Assembly (NCBI GenBank): GCA_002269645.1
Contig: NIVC01000461.1
Location: forward strand, 496,001-560,000
Reading direction: 5' to 3'
DNA length: 64,000 nucleotides
Source of the DNA: Macrostomum lignano
Lineage: Eukaryota
Shown here: positions 49,801 to 61,200 of the stretch, in pieces
How the letters are laid out: each line of letters opens with the position of its first letter
Numbering within the stretch: position 1 is the stretch's first letter
The notes under the pieces: generated by a model
Told to the model about the DNA's origin: nothing
What the model saw: the letters and a program-made list of their open reading frames with translations, nothing else
The model's database searches: none
Translations under genes and position numbers: made by a program

Positions 49801-52800
49801 TACGATCAGTGCTCAGATCGGCCGCCAATTGAAGCGGGCGATTCCAGCTTCCTAATGCTGCTGATGCAGCGCCTGGTGCGACAGTACAAAGCTGTCCGCC
49901 TGCTGCAGGGTGAGGCTGCTGATGACTCACTGCCCCCCTCTCCCTCTCTCTCAAGCCGGCTTCTTTTGAAGTTATGATCTGTAGTTGAGTGGACGATCTA
50001 GATAATTTCAATTTTCCTCCCAACAACTAACTATAGGATGAATTGAACTTTTTTGTATCCATTTACAATCCCCTTCTGAGTCACTTCGAATGGGGGGAAG
50101 TGGATCCTGTTTCTGGACTCGGAAATCGGTTCTGAATAGAGTGGCCGCGCCTGGTCCTAGGAATTTATCTATCCGCATGTGTGCGCGCAGTCATAGCGTT
50201 CAGATACAGCCCTAGATTTTTAGCTATGACTAACAATCTTTGTTTAAGTGCTTTAAAGCGTTTAACCCAAGCGCTCGTGTCTGTCTCTGTCTTTCTAATG
50301 CTGTCTTGGGTTTGGCGGTCCACCCCGGCAGTTACTAGCTGAAGTAGCTAATTACTCATCTTATTGCTTAGTCACAATTTAGCCGCTTTATTTCGGCACC
50401 CACCCGCCAACTATATAGACTTTGCTAGTTTTTGTTGTTTGTACGACATCTTGAATAGCTTTGGAGGTATCACCCGAGTTGTCTTTGTCTTATCATATTT
50501 TCATGCCCAAGTTGCTAGTTTGTTCCCAGTTGTCTCATTGGGTGAGATTTTGAAACTTCTGTGTCTCACGGGTGAGATTTTGGGACCTCTGTGTCTCATT
50601 GGGTGAGATTTTGAGACTTCTGTGTCTCACGGGTGAGATTTTGGGACCTCTGTGTCTCATTGGGTGAGATTTTGAGACTTCTGTGTTTCACGGGTGAGAT
50701 TTTGGGACCTCTGTGTCTCATTGGGTGAGATTTTGAGACTTCTGTGTCTCACGGGTGAGATTTTGCGACCTCTGTGTCTCATTGGGTGAGATTTTGGGAC
50801 TTCTGTGTCTCACGGTTGAGATTTTGGGACCTCTGTGTCTCATTGGGTGAGATTTTGAGACTTCTGTGTCTCACGGGTGAGATTTTGGGACCTCTGTGTC
50901 TCATTGGGTGAGATTTTGAGACTTCTGTGTCTCACGGTTGAGATTTTGGGACCTCTGTGTCTCATTGGGTGAGATTTTGAGACTTCTGTGTCTCACGGGT
51001 GAGATTTTGGGACCTCTGTGTCTCATTGGGTGAGATTTTGAGACTTCTGTGTCTCACGGGTGAGATTTTGGGACCTCTGTGTCTCATTGGGTGAGATTTT
51101 GAGACTTCTGTGTCTCACGGGTGAGATTTTGGGACCTCTGTGTCTCATTGGGTGAGATTTTGAGACTTCTGTGTCTCACGGGTGAGATTTTGGGACCTCT
51201 GTGTCTCATTGGGTGAGATTTTGAGACTTCTGTGTCTCACGGGTGAGATTTTGGGACCTCTGTGTCTCATTGGGTGAGATTTTGAGACTTCTGTGTCTCA
51301 CGGGTGAGATTTTGGGACCTCTGTGTCTCATTGGGTGAGATTTTGAGACTTCTGTGTCTCACGGGTGAGATTTTGGGACCTCTGTGTCTCATTGGGTGAG
51401 ATTTTGAGACTTCTGTGTCTCACGGGTGAGATTTTGGGACCTCTGTGTCTCATTGGGTGAGATTTTGAGACTTCTGTGTCTCACGGGTGAGATTTTTAGG
51501 ACTGCTGTGTCTTACAGATTGCGTCTATTTAAAGTATTTTTGCATGCTTTTTAGGTTGCTTGAAAATAAGAAATTGGCTGGGTAGCAGGTGCTTAGCTGC
51601 TATTGACGGCAACTCCTTGTTATTTCTTTGAAGCAGCAGACTCGCGCCGCAGCTTTCCTCCCGAGTTGGGAGTCAGTTGTCTCTGTTGATTAAAAAGTAG
51701 ATTATAAAAATGCAGAAAGAATTGGATATGGGGAGCCTATTTAGACCGGTTATTAATCCACTGGTTGATAATCTGGCAGTTCGCATGAGTCACCAAATTG
51801 AAATATGGCCATAGCCAGACTGTATACAATACGCAGGTCCTTCCTGTTTCATATATCGGCCATTTTATTTATGTTTGTTATACTACGGCTTAATCAAGGA
51901 CAGCTTAAGTAGAATTCTGGTTTCTTAGAAAATTTTGAGAGCTCATTGTTTTGTGATGGAGTAAACGAATAAATGAAAATTTCCTATCTGCGTAGTGTGT
52001 TTTCCTGCGCAAACCCAGTCCTGCTCAAGTCGTCCTTGGTCTTGTGGGTTAATGTTACAACAACTGAGTCATTGCGCTTGTTTAAGGAGGCCGCACTATT
52101 AGCTAATAATATTTATCAAGTGCTGCTCTGCGGCTGACGAATTGTCAACGCTTTGTAGTGAGCTGGCACGTGCGCGCAGTCATATGATGTCAACACATCC
52201 AGCGCTCTCTCAGCCCGTCCAATGTATTTTTTGTTTAAAAAAAGAAACTCAACGCGCTTAGTCAGATTCTCTGTTCAACTGGCGACAGGGGCCGCTCGGG
52301 GGGGGGGGGTAGCCCCGCTGCGTTGGCCTTAGCAACGGGAGTGGGCTTGGTTGGCAACGCTACGGAGATTCCCCCCTCAACCCCACCCCCACGTCCCCTT
52401 ATTGTCGCCCGCCCACTTAGTCAGCATTTCAGCCTCTCAGTTCTAATTAAATACTGCCGCTGGGTACATTGCTTGTGCGTGTTTCTCTTTTTCTAAAACC
52501 TATTCGGGAGAGAGGGCGGCGTTGCACATTGCTATAGTGATAGTCGCTCGCTGATTTGCTAAGGCTGTCCACTGAGGGAGAGAGAGCAGAGTGCGCCCGC
52601 CTCCCACCCCTTGCATTTATCTTTTCTATAACTTATTCGACTCTCGGGATAGGAGGGTGCGAGTTATATCAACACGCGGCCATATTGCTCTGTCACCCTG
52701 TCCTCCTGTCCGCCCAGTCATCATTTTTTATTAATCTTCTACTGTGATCGATTTGCCCGTCACGATTTGCAATAAGCATGCTTGAAAATCGTGGCGGTAC

Positions 52801-55562
52801 CGGCGGCGGCGTTAACGCCATCGTCACAGATCATCCCCCGGCCGCCTCTGTCGTAGTCAATAGGCCCCGGCCTCCCTGTCGATTGTCCCTATCGACGCCA
52901 ATGGCCGCTGCTTTAGCCTCTCCGTTGAGCCCAATCTCGGCTAATCCATGCGTTACCATGGCAACAACGCCGACAACAAATTTGGCGCGAAAGCGTCGCA
53001 CCTGTATGGGTAAGAATCGATTCAAAAAGGATTAGCTAGGGCCCCTAATTGCCGTAGAATCCTCATTACAAGCTGGGGTGTGGCTTGCATTTTGTCACTC
53101 TGCGCTGCTCCCATTGCTCAGCCCCGCTCCAATCTGCTTTGCTTTGGTTTTGACTATTTTCTGCCGCTTTTTTGCTATCTTAGCAAAATCTTGTAACCAT
53201 TATATCAGGTTGAGCTATTTCCTATATCAGGCTTAGCTATTTCCTATATCAGGCTGATCTATTTCCTATATCAGGCTGAGCTACTTCCTATATCAGGCTG
53301 AGCTACTTCCTATATCAGGCTGAGCTACTTCCTATATCAGGCTGAGCTACTTCCTATATCAGGCTGAGCTACTTCCTATATCATGCTGAGCTACTTCCTA
53401 TATCAGGCTGAGCTACTTCTCAGAATCATGTCAACGCTGTTATCAGCCTTTCTACTGTGAACTGGGTTTTTATTATGAAAAATCTTCTCACCTCTAGGCG
53501 GCTTCCTCAGCTTCTCGGCCGGCTATCCGCAGCACTGCGAGTCCAAGACCAGCCAGGACCCGGAGGCTAGCGAGAAACCCGCAGCTGAGCCTTCCGCTAT
53601 CAGCCAGGGCCCGACTCGGGTGCTCAACTTTCTGTACGTCGGTTCGCAAGCCGACGCTCTAGACGAGGAGGTAATCAGACGGCACGGCATCACGCACATC
53701 CTGAACGTCAGCTCCTCCTGTCCGCAGTCTCGGCACGTGTCGCCTGATAATTTTCTACGCATCTCCGTTAACGATGGTTATGTTGACAGGCTGTTGCCGC
53801 ATTTTCAACAGGCGTTTCAGTTTCTTGGTGAGCAATTCTTTTCATTAACATTTTTAATGGAGTTAACGATACCTAGCTCAGCGACTCTCGCGCCACGAAC
53901 CCTGGTTCGATTCCTTGTGCGGCCACATCAGACGGTTAGAAAATCAGGGCCGCTGTACACATGACTCAAAAAACTGTAATGTGACAGAGAGGCGACTGAC
54001 TCTCTAGATAAACTCTAGATATAGTTTTCATAAATGCAAAATGCGATTCTTATTCATAAGTGACGCAGATGGCTTTAGACGCAACTCAGTGATTCCACAG
54101 CGACTCGGGCATGCCTCAGATCCGACTCTGCGGCCCCCCGAGTCATTATAGAAGCGCCCCAGAGTCGTTTCAGAGTCGCAGGCAATAAAACATCTCAAAT
54201 TTATCTTTGACGACTACTTGGCAACTTTTACCGTGGCATCTCGTCGTTTTAGAGTTGTCTGGAGACACTTCTTTCCTAGTTTACCTGGGTTACCTGTAAC
54301 GCCTTTGAAACGTTAAATGAGTGTGGCCGCGCACGCAATCGAACCCACGTACCACTGAGCTACTCCGCCCCATCCCATAGAAAGGCTTGGCTTTCTTAGG
54401 CTCGTCTCAGTTTGCATTCGCCATTCCATCGGTCCTTCAATTCAGAAAATGTCCGCGAAACGTCCGGCCGCTGTCTCGTCCACTGCCTGGCCGGCATCTC
54501 GCGGTCGCCCACGCTGTCGATCGCCTATATTATGAAGCACAAGAAGATGTCTCATGAGGACGCCTACAAGTAGGAATTTGTTAATTATTATTATTTCAAT
54601 TGTGTAATATTAGTTTCTGTAGGGAAATGTTTCATTTACTTTGCTATCCACATTTCCGCAGATTTGTCAAAGAGAAGCGAACCAACATATCGCCAAACTT
54701 TAACTTCCTGGGCCAGCTGCTTGAATTCGAAAAGCAATTGAAACGTTCGGAGAGCTTCTCCGAAGCCGCCTCGCCATCCGGCGGCGGTGGCGGCAGCGGC
54801 GGAGACGGCAGCGACTGTTGGGAGGCGAAACGACAGCGCACGACCGTTGCGAGCAGCCGCAGCCAGCCAGCGGGCTTCCTCCGGCCGCCGCCGCCTCCGC
54901 CGCTGCCAGCCTCGGCACAGAGTCCCACCACGGCGCTATCGCGGCTGTCCTTCACGCCGTGCGCCTCGGCGGCCGCCCTTCAACATCACAACCACCTGCC
55001 GGACTTTCCCGGCACCAGCCTGGAGCAGGTGGCCGTCACGCCCTGCCGGTCCGCCGCCGCTGCCACCTGCTCCGCTCCACCTACTCCGCCACCTCCGCTC
55101 ACGTCGGCTCTGCCTCCGCCGCCGCCGCCTCCGGCGCCAGTTCGCACCACCAGCCGTCGAGTCAGCGGCCAACAGGCATCGGCAGGCAGCGGATCTTCGG
55201 CAGCCTCGCCGGCAGCGTCTTCGAATAGCGGGCAAGCCAGCCGACCTCACAGCGTTGTGCTGTCGGCTGCCTCTGCCGCCGCCGCTGTTCGCAAGAGCCA
55301 ATCGGAGAATCACCTGCTCAGCGAGGAGGACGATCGAAGCAGCGGCAGCAGCAGCAGTTTGGCGGCCACTTATGCAGCGGCGGCTGCGGCGGCGGCTGCT
55401 GCGGCGGCGGCTGCAGCCGTGGCGGACGGCGGCCGGTCCCGCTCAACGGAGAACCTGGCAGCTGACGCGGCCTGCGCGGCTAGCGGCGGCAGCATGAAGT
55501 CGCTGTCTAGTAGCGCTTCTAATGGGTCCCACGGCAGTCAGGAGATTCTCACCTATTCATAG
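43831..55562 (+). CDS. DUSP8/16: Dual-specificity MAP kinase phosphatase, DUSP8/DUSP16 type (rhodanese + DSP domains); the ATG-bearing first exon lies upstream and is unconfirmed
   Basis: Exons 43831-43896, 44098-44208, 49642-49909, 53498-53827, 54446-54569 and 54662-55562, all phase-compatible. Motifs LLIDCRSFLEFN..AINVCCSRLVRKRLQQGK (kinase interaction motif), PTRVLNFLYVGSQ, VHCLAGISRS (catalytic), ISPNFNFLGQLLEFE, and a C-terminus GSQEILTYS resembling the DUSP8/16 tail. Confidence 0.93.
45268..46035. repeat. ~34-bp AT-rich minisatellite (ATTATGAGCATTTTCAACTAGGTGATCAATGCTC) in a DUSP intron
   Basis: Visible array with degenerate edges and larger composite units. Confidence 0.93.
46886..47100 (+). 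mobile_element. tRNA-derived SINE-like element in a DUSP intron
   Basis: A-box-like GTAGTCTAGTG and B-box-like GGCTCGATTCC followed by a non-tRNA body. The 3' end is uncertain. Confidence 0.5.
49030..49590. repeat. 40-bp minisatellite (GAGAGTGCCAATTAGAGAGGCCGAGTGACCTAGACCCACT)
   Basis: Visible array ending ~50 nt before the acceptor at 49641. Confidence 0.95.
50533..51500. repeat. 61-bp dimeric minisatellite (alternating 31- and 30-bp subunits)
   Basis: TTGGGTGAGATTTTGAGACTTCTGTGTCTCA + CGGGTGAGATTTTGGGACCTCTGTGTCTCA repeated about 16 times, almost without variants. Confidence 0.97.
52778..53009 (+). CDS. Putative alternative first coding exon of the DUSP gene (rhodanese-less isoform)
   Basis: ATG at 52778, open to a phase-1 donor G|GTAAGA at 53009/53010 that matches the phase-1 acceptor at 53498. 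GC-rich coding-like composition. Confidence 0.6.
53205..53420. repeat. 22-bp minisatellite (CCTATATCAGGCTGAGCTACTT)
   Basis: About 10 visible units upstream of the 53498 acceptor. Confidence 0.95.
54160..54300 (+). repeat. Dispersed intronic repeat, homologous to 4040-4220
   Basis: See the PSMD3 intron 2 copy. Confidence 0.8.
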
Positions 55563-56699
55563 TTGATTAAACACATTAAAGGAATGCTCGTATTCATTTA
55601 TAGCTGACTTCTGTTTGCATGCGTCGGGTAAAAGTGCAAATAGAGAATATCCAGTGACGTTTGTCCTGGTTTTGCAGATTATTCATTAATATGTGAACTC
55701 TGAAATAAAAAAACTACACGCTAGGATTTGATTTATTACTGTTGTACTTTGTCGTCCGTCTCATATTTTTTGTTTGTTTCTGAACCCGGAGATGATTTCT
55801 AATGTGTTTAATATAAACCAGTGGGTGAGGTTTATCTTTGTTGTCAAGCCTAGGATACCCATTCATATTATTATGTGTTGTGTGCTGTACCGTCTGTGAT
55901 TTCTCTACCTTTTCCTTTGTCTTAACACTAAATTATTGGGTGTCTTTATTGTGTAGCAATTAGTCAGTCCAGTGCCTTGTTGGAGCTTATCTGTATGTTA
56001 TGATAGCAGTACTGCAGTTGACTGGAATTCAGCAAATAGTATTAGCTTTACTCTGGTCGTGTATAAAACCGTCCCTGCATACGAACTAACTTATATTTGT
56101 AAGAGATCATTATAGCCTCTGTCGCTTTATATTTATCTGATTTTTTGTCATTTTTTAAAACGACTTGAATCAACTTTGTTAGTCAGCCGAAACTGGCTTA
56201 CTAAATTGCTACAAACTAAACAAGTGTGCTTATCGTCTCTGTCGGTTAACTTGACTTTTTAACCAGGGTACTAGTTTGACCTTAGGAGAGAGGGACAGCC
56301 GATCTTTCTCTAGTGAGTCATACACCCCTCGTCTCTAGCTGCTCTTTGAAGCCTAGATAACTAGCCAAGTTTATAAGATATACCAACCACAAAAATGCAC
56401 TCATCTACTCATTTTTTCAGTAGCAAAATTAGTGTTTTGCCTTTATAATAGTAAAATTAAAAAGTAAATTTAACAAGATTTTGAAACTGAAACAATCACA
56501 TTGGCTCTCTGCAAGCAGACCCATAATTAAATTAGCATCTTCACCGTGTTTTAAAGACTTCAGACTGACTCAAACTCAAAATCATTTAAAAAGAAATGAA
56601 TTTAAGACTGAAGAATGGAGAAAAATTTGTTAAACTCGAATCTAGTGCGTGTGCATAGTGAGCAAGAGAGAAAAGGGATTGCGCCCCAGCCCCCAGCCA

Positions 56700-56960
56700 G
56701 TCTGACTTTAACCTCTCTCCTTACTGCTTCCTCATTGGCTGACTTAGATTGGGCTTGCCCCCACCACCCCGAGGCTGCTTTTCGTTCATCTGACTGTCAC
56801 CTTACCGCTCTCTCATTGGCTGAGCTAGATTGGGCCTGCCTCCAGCCCTGGGCTGATTTTCGTCCGTCTGACTGTCATCTCTTTCCGCACTGCTCTCTCA
56901 TTGGCTGAGCTAGATTAGGCCTTCCCCCAGCCCAATACTGATTTTCGTCCGTCTTGCGTT
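56700..56960. repeat. Three imperfect ~83-bp repeats each containing CTCATTGGCTGAGCTAGATTGGGC
   Basis: The core motif is visible near 56733, 56814 and 56898. Confidence 0.75.
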
Positions 56961-58299
56961 CAATTTTGCACATCGAGTTGAATGCTTGTTGTTCATTCTT
57001 AACTTCAATATGCTCCTGAGGCCAGAAACTCGGATGAAGAAAAGGCAATTTTAGCTGCCTCATTTAATTTTAATGACACTGCGCAGACAAACTACTGAAA
57101 AGTAATAGACTCAACTTTTTACGAGTTTAGTTGCGAGTGATATATCCAGTTATTCTGGATTATACTGCCGAAGTAGTAATGCGGAATCTGCATTGTACGA
57201 GCTAGTAAGCGTTTTGGTACATGGAGATCTAATCCTAAAAATGTAGCGGTACGGGGAGCTATAAATCGGTTTGTTTTAATAAAAGAGAGCTCTCTGAATT
57301 GCCATAGTTGATAAAATTGTTAATAATTGAACAAAAAGTGCATAGATTTTTAAACACAACTTTATTAAAATTGTTGTAAAACTCCGTGTGCCTGCGTTGT
57401 GCCCCTTGGACACAGCAGCAAATCTTGTTTTGCTATATACATATATATAAAGCATGCAGACTCAGGGCCTTAGATTGCTTAACTAAATAGAATACAGAAG
57501 ATTTTCAGTAACTTCCCCCCCTTTTTGCCTGTCCCGTATCGCTATTTAAAGTAATGTATTCGTCAATAGCTAGTAGTAAGGATTTTCATCCAAGCCGAAA
57601 AAATCTCTGTGATTCTCTGCTGCTGCTTTGCGTCATTATTCTATTCTGTTAGATAGAATTTGCACCTGCACTAAGCCATGCTCGCATCACTGTCCCGGCT
57701 ACTGTTTCCAGTGTTATTCTTGTCATACATTTATATATATATCGATTTCACTGTACCAGTTGGATTGTTTGATTACTTCGCTGTCTCTATCAGCGAAGTA
57801 ACCATTCTGTCAGGTATTATTACTGTCATACTTTATTTGCCTTCTCTCGTACGCCCGCCCAGCCCTCTGTCATACTCTGTCAGAATTTAATAAATCATTT
57901 TCTGTAATCGCTGTGCTATTTAAATTACCTATCGCCAGTTTATATTTAAGCAGAGAGTGGACTCTGCCGCTATAATAACTATATTATTTCTATTAGTCAT
58001 TCTACCGGTAGATGTAACCGGTATTTTGCCACTTGCGCTCATTGGCGTCATTAAGTTTAATAAAGCATAGCAGCGGCAGCACAGTACTGCATAAAATATG
58101 TAGTTTAAGGTACGTCTATCTAGTAACTAAATATATTGCATAGAAATTTACTCCCCCGCTGCTCAAACTTTTTAGCACTTTTAAGCACAGTGAATTATAA
58201 ATATTGACTCCGGGTTTTTTTGCTAACAAAAATGTTTTTTTTGGATTAACAATTGTTTATCTAAGGGACAATTGCGCTTAACAAATGCATCTACACACA

Positions 58300-61200
58300 T
58301 TGTACCTTGAATCGCCCCTCAACAGTAAATTAAAATCGCTCATCAACAACAGTACGTCAGAATCGCCCATCAACAGCACATCAGAATCGTCCATCAACAA
58401 CAGCACATCAGAATCGTCCATCAACAACAGCACATTAGAATCGCCCATCAACAGCACATCAGAATCGTCCATCAACAACAGCACATTAGAATCGCCCATC
58501 AACAGCACATCAGAATCGTCCATCAACAACAGCACATCAGAATCGTCCATCAACAACAGCACATCAGAATCGTCCATCAACAACAGCACATCAGAATCGT
58601 CCATCAACAACAACACATTAGAATCGCTCATCAACAACAGCACATTAGAATCGCCATCAACAACAGTACATCAGAATTGCCCCTCAACAAGAGTACATCA
58701 GAATCGCTCATCAACAACAGCACATTAGAATCGCCATCAACAACAGTACATCAGAATTGCCCCTCAACAAGAGTACATTAGAATCGCCATCAACAACAGC
58801 ACATTAGAATCGCCGTCAGCAACAGCACATTAGAATCGCTCATCAACAACAACACATTAGAATCGTCCATCAACAACAGCACATCAGAATCGTCCATCAA
58901 CAACAACACATTAGAATCGCCGTCAGCAACAGCACATTAGAATCGCTCATCAACAACAGCACATTAGAATCGCCATCAACAACAGTACATCAGAATTGCC
59001 CCTCAACAAGAGTACATCAGAATCGCTCATCAACAACAGCACATTAGAATCGCCATCAACAACAGCACATTAGAATCGCCGTCAGCAACAGCACATTAGA
59101 ATCGCCCATCAACAGCACATCAGAATCGTCCATCAACAGCACATCAGAATCGTCCATCAACAGCACATCAGAATCGCCCATCAACAGCACATCAGAATCG
59201 TCCATCAACAACAGCACATCAGAATCGTCCATCAACAACAGCACATTAGAATCGCCCATCAACAGCACATCAGAATCGTCCATCAACAACAGCACATCAG
59301 AATCGTCCATCAACAACAGCACATTAGAATCGCCCATCAACAGCACATCAGAATCGTCCATCAACAACAACACATTAGAATCGCCATCAACAACAGCACA
59401 TTAGAATCGCCGTCAGCAACAGCACATTAGAATCGCCATCAAAAACAGCACATCAAAATCGCCCCTCAACAACAGCACATTAGAATCGCCATCAACAACA
59501 GCACATTAGAATCGCCGTCAGCAACAGCACATTAGAATCGCCATCAACAACAGCAAATTAGAATCGCCATCAACAACAACACATTAGAATCGCCGTCAAC
59601 AATAGCACATTAGAATCGCTCATCAACAACAGTAAATCAGAATCGCTCATCAACAACAGCACATTAGAATCGCCCATCAACAACAACACATTAGAATCGC
59701 CCTCAACAACAGCACATTAGAATCGCCATCAACAACAACACATTAGAATCGCCGTCAACAATAGCACATTAGAATCGCTCATCAACAACAGTAAATCAGA
59801 ATCGCTGATCAACAACAGCCCATTAGAATCGCCCATCAACAACAACACATTAGAATCGCCCTCAACAACAGCACATTAGAATCGCCGTCAACAACAACAA
59901 CACATTAGAATCCCCGTCAACAACAGCACATTAGAATCGCCATCAACAACAGCAAATTAGAATCGCCATCAACAACAACACATTAGAATCGCCGTCAACA
60001 ATAGCACATTAGAATCGCTCATCAACAACAGTAAATCAGAATCGCTGATCAACAACAGCACATTAGAATCGCCCATCAACAACAACACATTAGAATCGCT
60101 CATCAACAACAGTAAATCAGAATCGCTCATCAACAACAACAACACATTAGAATCCCCGTCAACAACAGCACATTAGAATCGCCATCAACAACAGCAAATT
60201 AGAATCGCCATCAACAACAACACATAAGAATCGCCGTCAACAATAGCACATTAGAATCGCTCATCAACAACAGTAAATCAGAATCGCTCATCAACAACAG
60301 CCCATTAGAATCGCCCATCAACAACAACACATTAGAATCGCCCTCAACAACAGCACATTAGAATCGCCGTCAACAACAACAACACATTAGAATCCCCGTC
60401 AACAACAGCACATTAGAATCGCCATCAACAACAGCAAATTAGAATCGCCATCAACAACAACACATTAGAATCGCCGTCAACAATAGCACATTAGAATCGC
60501 TCATCAACAACAGTAAATCAGAATCGCTGATCAACAACAGCACATTAGAATCGCCCATCAACAACAACACATTAGAATCGCCCTCAACAACAGCACATTA
60601 GAATCGCCATCAACAACAACAACACATTAGAATCCCCGTCAACAACAGCACATTAGAATCGCCATCAACAACAGCAAATTAGAATCGCCATCAACAACAA
60701 CACATAAGAATCGCCGTCAACAATAGCACATTAGAATCGCTCATCAACAACAGTAAATCAGAATCGCTCATCAACAACAGCACATTAGAATCGCCCATCA
60801 ACAACAACACATTAGAATCGCCCTCAACAACAGCACATTAGAATCGCCATCAACAACAACACATTAGAATCGCCGTCAACAATAGCACATTAGAATCGCT
60901 CATCAACAACAGTAAATCAGAATCGCTCATCAACAACAGCACATTAGAATCGCCCATCAACAACAACACATTAGAATCGCCCTCAACAACAGCACATTAG
61001 AATCGCCATCAACAACAACAACACATTAGAATCGCCCTCAACAACAGCACATTAGAATCGCCATCAACAACAACACATTAGAATCGCCGTCAACAATAGC
61101 ACATTAGAATCGCTCATCAACAACAGTAAATCAGAATCGCTCATCAACAACAGCACATTAGAATCGCCCATCAACAACAACACATTAGAATCGCCATCAA

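Noticed and set aside
10069-55497. Overlapping or antisense ORFs over GC-rich exons (10069-10857, 15218-15842, 32175-33058, 54787-55497 etc.)
   Set aside because: Shadow frames of GC-rich coding sequence, with no recognisable domains.
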